Origin: Octopus vulgaris
Lineage: Eukaryota
Assembly: GCA_951406725.2 (NCBI GenBank)
Contig: OX597826.1
Location: 56,606,001-56,670,000 of the forward strand
Direction: 5' to 3'
DNA length: 64,000 nt
Below the pieces are notes generated by a model that worked only from the letters and a program-made list of their open reading frames with translations, had not been told where the DNA came from and did no database searches. The position numbers and the translations under genes were made by a program. Shown here piece after piece: positions 23,824-38,120 of this stretch (position 1 is the stretch's first letter; every line of letters begins with the position of its first letter).

Positions 23824-24638
23824 TTAAATATCAATTCAACTGAAACAAAATGTCAACAGCTATTTCTCAATACCTTCAGCAAGATTTTGGAGAAAACTTG
23901 AGAAATGTCAAAAGCAGCAAGTGGAGAGGGAAAAGGGAAGTAGCATGTGAGAGAAAGATAGAGAGAGAGAAAGAGAGGGGGGTAGTGATTGATAAAGAAA
24001 GGGAAAGGGAGGGAGGGAGGGAGAGAGAGTGCTTGTAGAGAAACTAGGGAAATCAAAGAGCCATTCCTTGTGTGTATTGAAATGTTGTGGCTGATTGTGT
24101 GAGTATTTACATGTGTGTGTGTGTGTGTGTGTTGCATGTGGCTATTGTGCATATATATATATCTGTGAGTGTGTTTGGTTGACTGTGTGTGCATGATTGT
24201 GTATGTGTGTGTATTTATATGTATATATGTGTATTGGTGTATTGTGATTGAACTTGTGTTTAATGTGTGTGTGCTGCATGTGGCTATTGTGCATGTATAT
24301 CTGTGAGTGTGTTTAGTTGACTGTGTGAGTGTGTTTGGTTGACTGTGTGTATTTATATGTGTGTATGTATGTGTATTGGTGTATTGTGATCGAACTTGTG
24401 TGTATGCATGTATGCAGTGTCGGAACAAGTGCGAATGTGCGAATCCTGGGTGTTGTGTGTGAATGAATGCGTTTGTACTGTGCGTAAATGAATGTTTATG
24501 TGCGTTCCATGAATGGCCTTTGTGTGAATGAACGTGGGTGCTTACATGTGTGTGTGTGTGTGTGTGAGTACGAATGTGCATGTGTAGTGTGAATGAGTGT
24601 GTATGTAAGTGCTGCATGAGCAGTGTGTGAATTATTGC

Positions 24639-24672
<34 letters not shown>

Positions 24673-25536
24673 GTATATATATATATAGAGAAAGGGTATT
24701 ATATGGATTGGATGGACTGCTTGCAACAGAGAGAGAGGGTGAGAGAGACACAGAACCACAGAAGTTAGAGACAGCAGCAAAAGGGATTACCGACTTCTGG
24801 AGTGGAATGTGATAAAACCTTAAAGGTTACAGAGTACAAACCAGGGTGCTTAGTTATCAAACAAGAATTCCAGACCAGCCAACCAGCCAGACAACCAGCC
24901 AATATGTTGTTGTTTCTATCTAGATCAGACATCAGATATTTCTTAAGGGTCTCTCTCTTTCTATCTCAAGCCTGTCTGTTAGAGAGACTAAGGTATGAGG
25001 TAGGTATGATCGTGATAGGTGGGGGGTGGGGGGTGAAGGACAAGACAGGAAGTGGAATTGGAGAGGAAGACATGCTGGGAAAGAGGGGTGGTGGGTGGGA
25101 TGGAGAAGAAACAGGAGAGGTTGGAGAAAAGGAGAACGAGAAATATAGGTGAGTACAGGATGGGTGGTGAGGTGTCAGAGGTACACACACACACACACAT
25201 TAAGGGGAGAAATGAATGAAAGATAGGTGATAAAAATAACAAAAGAAAACTAGACTATGGAAAATATTCATTATATATATGTCAGTTATGTGTGCATATG
25301 AGTTTAATGTGTTTTTGTTTGCACGTGTTTGTTTGTGTGTGTGTTTATATACACACACGCACACACACATATATATATATATACATACACATACACACAC
25401 ACACAGATGTCTTCAAACATCTGTGCCACATGTGTGCATACATACACACATAATATATATTGTATCTATTATCTGTGTAGGTAAGTGAGATATATGTGCT
25501 AGTGCTATTATTATGTGTGTGTGTGTGTGTGTATGT

Positions 25537-25604
<68 letters not shown>

Positions 25605-25682
25605 GCAATAATATTAAGGATCATTACGAAGTTGCAGAGCATTACCTTTAATTCTTTATATATATATATATATATATATACA

Positions 25683-25897
25683 CTCTTTTACTTGTTTCAG
25701 TCATTTGACTGCGGCCATGCTGGAGCACCGCCTTTAATCGAGCAACTCGACCCCGGGACTTATTCTTTTTGTAAGCCCAGTACTTATTCTATTGGTCTCT
25801 TTTGCTGAACCGCTAAGTAACGGGGACATAAACACACCAGCATCGGTTGTCAAGCATTGCTAGGGGGACAAACACAGACACACAAACACACACACGC

Positions 25898-25930
<33 letters not shown>

Positions 25931-26084
25931 TACGATGGGCTTCTTTTCAGTTTCCGTCTACCAAATCCACTCACAAGGCTTTGGTCGACCCGAGGCTATA
26001 GTAGAAGACACTTTGCTCAAGGTGCCCCGCAGTGGGACTGAACCCAGAACCATGTGGTTGGTAAACAAGCTACTTACCACACAG
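25683..26084 (-). mobile_element. SINE family A, young copy missing the first bases of the head
   Basis: Nearly identical to 63013-63405, with an internal (TA)n. Confidence 0.9.
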
Positions 26085-26278
26085 AGAGAAAGAGAGAGAA
26101 AAGAGATAGATAGAGAATCCATAGCTCAGCTGATTTTGAACAAATGGATTACTATTGTTAGAAGTGACGGAGATCCATTTCCTTGTAGTAATAGATTTAT
26201 GTGTATATTCTATGCATACACATTAATGTAGTATACACGTGTGTGTGTGTATAATATAATGTGCATGTGTATATATGA

Positions 26279-26323
<45 letters not shown>

Positions 26324-26849
26324 CACTGTATATATACAAAGTTTGTATTCCCTGAGAAGTTCTTTGGAGCTTTCTATTTATTTAGCTGCAAACCTTGGCT
26401 GGATACAATTGCTTATTGAAACAACAATAACACAATGCCATCCAGACACAGATTGGACAAAGTTTAACAACATCAACATGAACAACAACAACAACAACAA
26501 CAGCAGCCAGGAAGGGATGCTTATGCAGGGATGAAAATAACAATATCTGAAATGAGGCTAAGTCAAGAACACCACCAAACCCACCCAATTCACTTGCCAC
26601 CACCCCCGACATAGTAATGGCAATTAGAGAAATCGGGTGAGTCTATGAGTTTCAACCATTTCCAAACAGACTTTCCAAAAACATTATCTGTTTCTTCAAT
26701 CAGTGTCTCTTGCTTTTCGGTTCTTTTGCCACTTATACTTGTTAAAAAGAAAAAGAAAAAAAGAAATGTGTTAGTTTCCTTCTTATGAAACATTTACTAT
26801 TCTGACAGACAGTCTTCTTTCAAAATTTCTACCAGCAATAAACCAGCAA

Positions 26850-27192
26850 TCATCATCATTATTTTGATGCCCTCTTTTTCATGCTTGCATGGGTCAGATG
26901 ATGTTTAATTGAGGTGGATGGATTTCCAAATAAGGTAATATTTTCCCATGCTCAAGCATGGTCGGACAGAATATTGGAAATGAAGGACAGTGCTTCTACG
27001 ACAATGACACTTATTTACAACTATGATGATGATGATGATGATGATATGATGTCAAAACAAGGATACACACATATACATGCACATGTGTGCACATACACGC
27101 GATGAGCTTCTTTCAGTTTCTGTCTACCAAATGCTCCCACAAGGCTTGGTTTGTCCTGGGGCTATAGTATAAAACATTTGTCTAAGGTGCCA
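26850..27192 (-). mobile_element. SINE with a family A head fragment and a different (GAT)n-tailed body
   Basis: 27100-27192 matches the family A core. 26850-27060 resembles 45730-45960. Confidence 0.55.
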
Positions 27193-28255
27193 AATGCCGA
27201 TATGTGGCCAATTGGCATGCTGGAAATAATAGCCACAATCTGCCTCTCTTCAAATTGCAACATACTTTTTTTTGCAAAGATAGGGACACATTAGATAATA
27301 TACTCCTAGATATGCAATGCCTGAAACAAAGACAAACTGTTCATGGCTGGAATGTCTTTGAAAATAGGTATCCTCCTGGATGTAAAGGATTAACAACTAA
27401 CAAGAAACCTATCACAACTTCAAATAAATGGTTTCTCCATCTCTCTCTAATCTCTATTTGGTCTATCTGTCTGCCCCTCTCCTTGACCCTTTTTCTCTCA
27501 CTCAGGTTTTCTTTCTTTGTGCCTTTTTCCTTCTGGCTCTTTTCTCTTTCACTTCCATCACATTTCTTTTAATCTATCAGAATTTCTTTTTCTCTCTCTT
27601 ATTCTGTCAATCTACTTTCACTTTCTCAGTTTTTAATCTGAGCCAACTTCTCTTTTTGTTCCTCCTATCTTAATCACTCTCTCTCTTTCTCTCTTTCTTT
27701 CTCTCTCTCTCCATCCATCCATCCCCCTTGCTCTCATACAATCTGCCTTTGTCACTCTGTTTCTCCTCTATCAAACACTATAATTTACAACTTGATTTAA
27801 AATAGAAGACTCAATGGAGGATGTGGGGAGGACATCCTCCATCTAAGTGAGGGTCAACATTTTCTTTTTTTTTTATAAAAGGGTATGACATTTGCCCAAA
27901 GTCTTATCTTTTATTACATGTAGGACAATCAAAAAGTAAATATATATATTAAAAAAATGACTTATCATCATCAATATCATCATGAATCCTTGTCCAAAAT
28001 TATAATGAGAAATGCTTTGACTGTTAGTCTATCTAATCACTATAGCAAAAATAGTTAATCCAGCTGGTGGTATTATCTCCAGTATGGCAGTTTTGCGCAA
28101 TTTCTATTATCATTCTAATTATCAAGTCTCTTTTTAATGAGAAACTGACGAACCAATTGGCTAGCCTTCTCTAGTAAATGAACAAATGGTTTTCATATAT
28201 ATATAAATGTATATATATAGTTAGCATGTGTGTGTATATGCATAGATGTATTATG

Positions 28256-28300
<45 letters not shown>

Positions 28301-28467
28301 ATAAAACTTAGTCTCTTCCATGTAGACTCTCTCTCTCTCCCTCTCCACACATCACATAAACTATATCACTTCTAAAATTACCCGCCCTCAATTAAACTCA
28401 ATCTCACATAAATATTAAATTGATTATGTAAAATAAATAAATAAATAAATTAAAATTAATCATGTGA

Positions 28468-28511
<44 letters not shown>

Positions 28512-30120
28512 AAATAAAAGCCAGCAATATAGATAAGTTATTATGAAGAGGAAATAGAAATAAAAAAATAAATAATTAAACCGAAATTAAAAACAAAATT
28601 GCTAAGAAAATTCTATTAAAATCCAGCGAGAAGTTTATTAAATTCAGAAAAGAAAAATATTGAATAAATAAAAATAAGAAAGAGAAAAAATATTTTAAAA
28701 AATTCTAAGCTAATTCTATGGAAAGATCTCAGGAGATTCACAGCAAATTGATAAAAAAAAAATATAATAAAATAAAATAGATTGCTATAATCAGGAGGAT
28801 GGACCAGTTAACTCCCTTTTTGTACACATTGAAATCTTGGGTATCAAGAAATCTATGGCAAACACAGACATTTGAATGAGCAGTTTAAAAAATATTGAAA
28901 TTTCCCAAAAAGCTTGGCTCCTATATTTCTATATTTCTCATCACCTTCTACCACCACTTCAGTTTCTTTGTGAAACATTTTTAAGGGGTTTATTTCTCTC
29001 TGTTTAAAATTAGAGTTAGAGGGCATTTCACTTCATGTTAAAAATTTTTCCTATATTAATTTTGTTTCTGGATGTTGCTGTTGTTGTTGTTGTTGTTGGA
29101 TATTTTTGATTTGTTTTATGTTATTTATTAATAAATCTTTAAACTTTAAAAAAAAAAATTTTTTAAATATATTTTATTTTCATTTATTCATTTTTTTTTT
29201 TTTTTTCCAAAGATTCTTTCTTTTCTCCCCGCCAGTATAAAATTATTGTGCCTGTTGCAATCACTGGAAGAAAAAGAAAAAAGAAAATTCCTTTGTGCAT
29301 AATGAATACTGTCGAATAATTTTAGAGAAGCAGTTTAAGAAGGAATATTTGTAAAGCTAATCAAATTGTCACAAAAAAAAATCTAGGCTACAAAAATAGA
29401 AGAGGAAGCATCTGTTCTCTGCAACTGCATCAGTATGTGTTTACAATTGTGACTGTATGTGTAATGTTACAACTGTATAACAATAACAGTGTGTATCAAA
29501 TGCAACAGGGTATATATGCATTCATACAATAAAATAGCATCGGAATGTATGTATATAAAGATTTAAGAATGAGTGTTTCAATACACACACATGTATATAC
29601 ATCAGAGATCATGTAACAAAACATAAACATATAATATATATATATATATATACACATACATATTTTCAATTATATACATGTGTGTATATGTGAGACTATT
29701 GAAAGTTGATCAGCTTTTTACCCTTCGGCATTGAATTAACACTATACTGGAATTCATCCCCCTCCATCTCCCTTTTTCTCCCCAATGAAATAAATTCAAT
29801 TTAATAATTTTCTTCTCTCCTCCCATGTCATTTAAGTTGCTGAATAAATGAGTGGATATGTTTTGACAATTAACCAACTTTGCAGAGGAAAAGAGAAAGA
29901 GAGGAAAAGGGATAAGTTTACAACATTGACACAAAGCATTGAGCATGAAGATCTAAGAGAAGAGAAGAGAAGGAGTTACCAACAATCTATGCTGGTGCTG
30001 TTCCACAGATTTACAATCTGTGCTGATGTTACTCCAGCTAAGCTCTACTGACAATAGTTCAAAAAGCAATCAAAGGCAGAAATAATAAGTTCAAATTTAA
30101 CACTGATGCTTCAGGTATGT

Positions 30121-30285
30121 TTAACCCTTTAGCATTTAAACCGGCCATATCCGGCCAAAAATATTCTACCTGTTTTATGTTCAAACTGGCTAGATCTGGT
30201 CTCTCACACCAACCCTACAATATTGTTTTAAAAATTAACAGCTACCTCGTCAAAATCTCATAGCTACAAGATAATGCATGATTAA
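30121..30285 (+). mobile_element. piggyBac-like MITE left end, truncated
   Basis: Begins TTAA|CCCTTTAGCATTTAAACCGGCCATATCCGG, i.e. a TTAA target followed by a CCC terminus. No matching right TIR found nearby. Confidence 0.55.
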
Positions 30286-30764
30286 ACCATACAAGTATCA
30301 GGATGTGATCTTAACAGATGCTGCTCAACAAAGTTATCAGAAACCCTGTTGACTCCACAAGATACAAGTTGTTAGATCCTAACTCAGCTTATTTGAGCAG
30401 ACATATGACTGAAACAGTGTTCAAGTCATGACCATCTCAAAATATTTTAAAGAAATGCTATATTTAAGACTATAGATATATTTCTTTTCATTTTAAGACA
30501 GCAGCTGCAAGTGAATCAAAGGAAATATTTGGTTATTATTTTTAACAGACTAAGCTAGCTCTGTTGGCTTGACAAGAGACAAGTGTATTGCTGCAAAACA
30601 ACAACATCAATGGTCTACCAATATATGGGTTCAAGTTTCATTGAAGAATATAAGGTAAAATATTGAGCAGCAAACAAATCATAGAAAGAAACTGACAACA
30701 AACCTCAAACTATTAACCCAAAGTATTATTAATGATACCCGAAGTATTATTAATGATGTTGAAG

Positions 30765-30960
30765 TTGTTATATTTCAACCCTGACTGAAAAGACTTATAA
30801 TCAAAAAACATCCCAGCTGTGGCCATCTTGTCTTTTGTCTAAGCACAATGTACCAAGAATCATGTTGTTACTCAGTGTATCTTTCTTTTGAAGCAAATGT
30901 GATGAAGATCTGGTTGCTATTTCTAGCAGGATGAGTGACTGCACTGAGGCTCTCTTGTTG
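30765..30960 (-). repeat. Family D dispersed repeat, inverted
   Basis: 'tggttgctatttctagcaggatgagtgact' and 'atcaaaaaacatcccagctgtggccatc' are reverse complements of family D motifs. Confidence 0.6.
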
Positions 30961-33620
30961 GCGTAAACATGTATTCTGTTCCACATGTCAGTTTACCGCA
31001 GTAGTGAATAAAGTCAAGGTTCAATACTGAAGCTTCTTAAACATTTTCCTCTATGGAACTAAAGATGTTGCCTTGAGTTCCTCAGTGTGCACTCAGAGAA
31101 ACCTGCAAAATTTGCTGCCCAGGTGATGTGAAGGCCATAACACATTATCTCTGAGATACCAATGTGATGTAGAACAATAGCAGTGGGGAAGCAGAAGCTG
31201 GCCTCTAAAGTTCATCGCTGCTACATCCTATCTAGCAACATCAATGACTTTGACAACAATAATGAGTAGTAGAGACTGCTGACATTAAAATGAATGATAA
31301 ACAATTACATTTCTTTGTAGCTCATATTTTGTTTTATTCTTGCCACTGCCGGCATCACCACCACCATCACCACTGCCATCATCACCACCACCATCACCAC
31401 TGCCATCATTATCATCACCATCACCCATCCATCCTATTGTGAATGTCAAAGGATTTAGTATCTAATAACTGCTCTCACACAACTCTCTTCATCATAGCTC
31501 ATCAGGGGGCATTATTTGCATCATCTCCATCAGGTTTTCCTGTCAGTGGCCACCTCATAACCAGGTATCAGATTTCAGGGTAAAAAAAAAAAAAAGTTAT
31601 GCATGAATTTGAACTGCCAACTTTTAACTCTTGTGTGGTTATAATCATAATGAAATAATATTGTCCATAATTTTCAATTAATTTTGAAAATAATCAAGAA
31701 TTTGGAGAAAGTTAAGTAACATAATTAAAAAATGTTTAAAAATTTTTTGCATCATTAAAATTTTGTTTGGAAAATAGGTTAACAAAAGGTTCTTACTAAA
31801 AATTACAATGGACAGAGGAAATGTGTCCTACTCTGTTACATAATAAAAGACTTGTATTGAAGTGGAACTTTCAGCCTGTGTGCTCCAAACTTTCTAGTTC
31901 TTTACACACATCTAACATTTTTTTCCTATTTCTTTTTTCCTTCTTCTTGTCTTTACAAGTGGACAATGGTTAGCTGTCTTTACATGTAGTCTTCATGAGA
32001 GTATCTTAGAATCAGAGTGCCTTACATGATGGAAACTAGCTTACCTTAATAGATACCTGGAGCTAAGCAACAACAACAACAACCAATATCTTTTGGTTAA
32101 TTGACCATCTTTCCATTTGTGGAGTATACTCTGTCCAAAATAGACATCCGGTATTTACATACACACTCTATTCACCAATTCAAATAACCTTTTAATCCTC
32201 AAGGCATAAAGCTTTTCTGCTCTAGCATCTGATTACTAACAGTTCTACAGTTCTCTGTTATATTTATCTGAACATTTTGCCCAGCTTTTCTACTCCACAA
32301 ACAACGACAGCAACCACAACAAAAAGGACACGTTTCTAATGTCAGGCACAGTACAATCTTTTGGATCATCTCTTCAAATCTTGCTACTTTCTTTTTACCA
32401 TGTTCCACCATCTTCTCTTCATTTTTTTTTTTTTTTTTTTGGAAGGAAGGTGAAGATAATGAGGCTAGTAACCATGGTGATCTACAATACCTGCTGATTG
32501 CTGGAAGCATAAAAGATGGGGATTGCAGCAGTAGCAACAACGATGGGGCAAAAAAAAGAAGAAAAAAAAAACCCAAAAAAGGTAAACATAAGGAGAATAA
32601 AAGAACAGACTGATGACTCGATAGAGAGAAAAAAAAAGAGAAGAGATGAGATGTGAGGAGGATGTATAAAATGAAGATATAAAGATGAGTTACAGGTGGG
32701 AAATAAGACTTCTTTTCCAAGCAAATGGAAAAGCAGGAAGAGGTGAAATATATATGTATATATATTTATATAGAGATAAAGTCATAATGAATAACAACAT
32801 GAATAAATAATTTTTTTTTTTAGTATATCTTGTTTGAGAACAGTGTTGTAAGGCGGCAATGAATACAACTGACTTAACAAATGATGTTTTAAAACTTCCC
32901 TAAATGAATGTGAGAGAAAATTGTGCAGAAACATGGTCCACAGAATCTAATTTTTATAACATTTTTCCAGTTTTTCACCTTGATCATGGAAAGGGGAAGA
33001 AAATAATCAATTATTGATTTTATATAAAGTTTTCCAGCTTTATACTAAAGGATTGAAAATAAATAATTTAAGATATTTCATCTTTATTTTTTACTTACAT
33101 TAAAATTAAAAAAAATAAAAAAAGGAGGGGGGTCAAAGTTAACCTAGATTGTGAAAGAGGAAAAACGAAGTCAAAATTGAAAAAAATTTTATGCGTTAAC
33201 TACGAGGTAATTTAAAAGATACCCAATGAGATGGAAGAGAAATTAGATAAACCTTGCTTTCTGTTAGATTGCTAAATCTTTCTTATGTTAGATTAACTAA
33301 ATTCAATCAGTGTTCAGTTGAGCTGTACCTAGATGAAAGAATATGTGGGAAATATTTTGGAAATAATATGACTACTGCAATTCGTCAGGGTTGCAACTAA
33401 CTTGGGTCTTATTAGGCTTGGAAAAACACAAATAAATAAATAAAAGAGTAAAATCAGCTTTTCAAGAGTTCTATAAAAGAGTCATATAAAGTATTATCAA
33501 GAGCAATTAACAAGAAGGTTATAAAGCCAGAATGTCAGTTATATCTGATTACAAATATAACATAACCCTTTATGCCAAAAATGGTTTCTATTGACAGACA
33601 TCAAAAGTAAGGCTTGAAGG

Positions 33621-33665
<45 letters not shown>

Positions 33666-34884
33666 ACATAGCAATTACTTTGTGAAAGAACCATTATACA
33701 TACATACGTACATATATATACATATATATGGGGGTGGGTGATAGGAAAAGTTGTATACTTTATGATGTTTCATATATATTTATGAATGATATAAATAAAA
33801 AAGAAAAGGGTAAGTCTCTTGTAAGCAGTTCCTGTGACCCAATATTTTTTCCCACTTGTAGCTATTTCTCCTTCATTAAAATACTAAAAGCCTTTCCTTT
33901 CCAGAGAACCATCATGATATGACTTTCACATTATCTTATTTCTTCCCTTCCTCTTCCAATGAAAAATCTGTAGTTTCATACCTACATATATCTATATATA
34001 TATATTTTTTAATATCAATATCTTCACTATACAAGGTTTGCAGTAGTATTTAGTGCCAGTTCCATTTGAGTATTTTATAGGTCATTAGAATGTATGACAG
34101 CTGAAGAGCTGGTCTTCATGCAGAGACACAGAGGAGTAAGGAATTCACTGGAATGGTTTACCAGTGCTTTCTCAACAAGACCAAAAAGGGGAATTGAAAT
34201 TAAGCATTGCAAGTTAATGAAACAATAACCTAACTGGTGGTGCTGCTACCATTTACAATAGGAAACTACACTAATATGTGAGTTGGGGGGCAGATACCTT
34301 CTTAGAGAGAGCTAAGTGAGCTGAGCCATAAAAGAGTTAATTATCTTAGCCACTGAAACAAGACAGTGAGTGACATGATGCCATACCAGCAACCAATCTC
34401 TTATCCGGCTGTCAGATGCACTGTTGATTCAAACATCTTGCAGCTCTTACTCAAAAAGAATTTCAGTTAGAAAAAAAAAGAAGTAATGAAACAATAATAA
34501 AAATAATAATAGGGTAGTGTGGGATGGAAACTGTTTTGGGAAGTTTCCAACTGTTATAGAATCAAACAATTTATTTCACTGTAATTACTTTATGGCAGTG
34601 AGGCATGCAAAGGTTCCTAAGATCTAAAGTCAAGAATGCTACAGTTAAGCCTAATAACTTCTACTTTTCACCAGTAATGTTCACTGATGAAAGAGTAACT
34701 GGTCACTGACCGTGCCGATATCTTCACCTACTACAGCAACAGAACCAACGGTTGCAAGGAGCTGAAATCATGATCGTAATGCCAGCTATGATGTTTATCA
34801 TATAAACAGACATAACAGGGAGTGAAATGTAATAAGTGAATCAAAATTACTCAACCTCTTTAATAATATATGCCTCCCTCAATG

Positions 34885-35080
34885 AAGGATCACTGTTGCT
34901 TGACCTACAAGAAATAGCAGTCAAATCCGCCCCACCCCACCCCAGCATACCCAACCATTTCAAAGAAAAGAAGGAACCTGTTGAACAATACAGACTTGGA
35001 TCTAAAACAGAATGGTCATGGTTGGAATGTCATTGATAACTGGATCTATTTGATCAGGGCTGATCTTGAACTAAAGGCAA
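34885..35080 (+). repeat. Family D dispersed repeat
   Basis: 'gacctacaagaaatagcagtcaaatc...gaatggtcatggttggaatgtc...tgatcagggctgatc'. Confidence 0.6.
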
Positions 35081-38009
35081 CAGGCCTGTCTTGAGGCAAA
35101 TAAGAAAATATCTACATAGTCACACAACCTGGTATACATAACAGCCTAATTTCCTTCAAATTTTCCTGAAGAGTGCAATTTGAAAGCTGGGCAATACATG
35201 TTGGTTGATGTGTGTTTCTAAATACTCTTTATGTCTGGGGAAAGAACAAGATGGTAATGGTTGGAGCATCTTTGACCAGGAGTGACTTAAAGATAAATAA
35301 CATGCTTGAGTAGCCTTTAGCTTGATGTCTTAAGACAATTGTTCAAATAAAAAATATTAATAATTGGAAAATAAAAGTTTATTCTTGTATGAAGGATTTT
35401 TTTCCCAAGTTTGTCAACAAAAATTTCCTCAGTCATTGATACCTGTTAGCAACAAAGTGATGTACTACTTTAACAAGGATTGAACCAGCTATCTCTTGAA
35501 TGAGGAACCAGAGACATGTATTCTACTGATAATGGAACTAAGTGTCTTTTGGCAGCAGAAGTAGCAGTTTATCTTTCAGGGATAGTAGGTGTAGGTGGTA
35601 GAGGTGGTGGTAGTGGTGGTGGTGGTGGTAATGTGGCAAGATGTCAACAATCTCTTAATAGGTCTTTCTCACCATCACCTTGTCTCTCTCTCCCTACATA
35701 CTGCCCACCCAGTTCACTTAAATGGCAGTTACATGAAGGGTGGGGGTGAACTATAATTACATATATGCCAAGCATTAACTAGAGAATTCACCATCAACAA
35801 CAATAACAATGGCAACAACAACAACAAAAGCAACAACAACAATTAAAGGAAGAAAGGTGTTGTATGGAAGGATGTAGATTCACCTGATCTGACACTGTCT
35901 AACACCCATCACCAACCCTATGGTTCATGAGGCTCTGGCTAGCCTCGTTAGACAAAGTCTAATTTCATTCCAGATTCACTAATGGTTAGACAGTTGTTAA
36001 AAGCTAATCCTTGCAGCCAACATTAAGTTAATGGTAACTTAGAATACAACTTCAGTTTTATTCCAGATTCACTACTTTGCTAATATGGGGGTTGCAACGC
36101 CACATCAGTAACGAGTCATTTATTTCCATCTCTTGTCATTCAAGTCAATGGGAGAAGTGTTGAAGGAAGGAAAGAGGAGAGAAACTGGTAAGGAGGAGTG
36201 GAAGGGTACTGGGAGTACAAAGACGAAGATCTAGGAGTAGGGGAGAGACAGAGAGAGAGAAAGAGAGAATCTGTGTGAGAGAGATAGAGAATATTAAAGA
36301 AAAGAAACTGAAAGAGAGATAAAATAAGAAGGAGAAAATAGGAGGAAAAGAGAGAAAAAGTAGAATGTGAGAGGAAATAGAGGGAGAGATATAAAGCAAG
36401 AGAGAAAGAGAGTCAGAGATAGAGAGGAGAGACTGAGTGTGAGAGGTAAAGGAGAGAGAAAGAAAAGTGTGAAGATAGTCTTGAAAACAGGAGAAAGAAG
36501 GAGAGGAATGAAAAAGAAGTGAGAGAAAGGAAAGTGTGTGAAAGAAAGAAAAGGACAGTGTAAAATGAGAGAGTGAGAAGAATGTAGAGAGGAGAGTAAG
36601 GAAGACATGTGTAAAAAGACAGAGTGTAGAGAGAAAAAGAGTAAAGAAGGAGAGGGAAAAAGCAAAAAGATAAAGTGAAAGAGCAATAAAGCAGAGAGAG
36701 AGAGAGAGAAGAAGAAGAAGAATAGATGAAGAGAGAGAATCAGTAAAGCTGTTCATTTTACAATGTAAATTCTCCTCCTTCTTCACTGTCTGCCTTCATT
36801 TTACTGCAAGGTTAATTAACTATATGGTTTCAATTGTGTTCTAGACACTAGAGCAGTAACCTGAAGAGTTAGCAAAGCAAGAATACACAAGACACCAATG
36901 ATCGGACCAACAAATATGGAGAGAGAGAGAGAGAGAAAAGGAGAGAGAGTGGATGGAAGAAAGGATGGAGAGACAATTTGAGATGAATATTATGACTGTA
37001 ACAGAAAGAAAGGGGGTGAAGTTTTTAGTTGACATTTTAGAAAAAGAAAGGAAAAAAAAAATGAAACCCATCTAATTAACTATAACAAAATAAACAAAAT
37101 AAAATGGAAGGGAAAAATGAAAAAGGAAAAAATTTGCGATGAAACAAAAAGGTTGGAAAAAATTGAAGTTAAAATCCCGCCCTCACTAAACAAAAAAAAA
37201 AAAAAGGAAGGAAGGAAAAACGAAATAAGAGATAAAAGCTAAATTAAAATGGAAATAAAACTTGTTGAAATTAAATTAAAGACAAAAATAGAAGTTATTT
37301 AAGGAAAACAAAAACAAGTGATTTTTCTAGAGATTGCATTTCTATTGTTGATTTGACATAGGTTTACTATCTTTTGGTTGCACAATATCAATAGCACATT
37401 ACATTTGTAGCCAGCTAGGAGAGAGAGAGAGAGGGAAGGAGAGGAGGGGGAAGGAGTGAGAAGTACTTCACTATTTTTAAGGATAGTAAAAAGATGCTTC
37501 TCATCAACTCACCAGTCAGTATAAAACAGACATAATAAAAATTAAAATATTAATAATAATAATAATTTGAATAAAAAAATAAATCAATAACCAAAAAATT
37601 GCATTCTTGAAAAATTGAAAAAAAAAAAAACCCCAAAAATAAAATCAAATAAAACAGAAACCTTCAAACAGTATTTATTGATCAGCTTTTGTTTCTTATA
37701 AGTTTTACCTTGTCTGGTCGGTAAAATGTTATATTGGAGTGCCAAAGGTGTGAAGTTGGAAACTTCAGGTGTAAGTGAGAGTGTGTGTGTGTATGAACAA
37801 GGTAATAGATGATTCTAAGTTCAAATCACCCAACCCCCAACAAAAGTGGGTTTTTTTTATTGTTAATTAGGTCAACCTGTCCTTAATCCAGAAACACTGC
37901 ATTTAGGATTTTATTATGTGATGAAACATGCTCTGAAGGAGATTTCTCTGCTATATGCAATAGGTTGAGTGATCATGTAAAATTAGCTTTTTGTATGTCT
38001 CCTGTGTGT

Positions 38010-38120
38010 GAACTGGCAGAATCTTTAGCATGCTGGGCAAAATGCTTAGCGGTATTTCACCCGTCTTTATGTTCTGAATTCAAATTCTGCTGAGATCCAC
38101 TTTACCTTTCATCCTTTTTG
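38010..38120 (+). mobile_element. SINE family B, 5' portion
   Basis: 'ctggcagaatctttagcatgctgggcaaaatgcttagcggtattt...aattcaaattctgc...tttacctttcatcctttt'. Confidence 0.8.

Noticed and set aside
29976-30050. Minus-strand 'QIVNLWNSTSIDC' with a phase-2 GT, as a possible ephrin exon 1
   Set aside because: Weak donor (GTAACT), no NP motif, wrong spacing to the conserved Phe, and an in-frame stop shortly upstream with no signal peptide.
32610-32640. CTGATGA-CTC-GATA-GAG-A-GAAA hammerhead-like string
   Set aside because: Followed by poly-A with no stem III or cleavage triplet; likely chance.
36145-36786. 213-aa Leu/Ser/Phe-rich ORF that looks like a membrane protein (also 51757-52347, 49840-50388)
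   Set aside because: Reverse complement of GA-rich low-complexity tracts; no domain motif.
37735-37750. Minus-strand TTTGGCAC, a miR-96-family seed-like sequence
   Set aside because: No similarity beyond the seed and no evident precursor hairpin.
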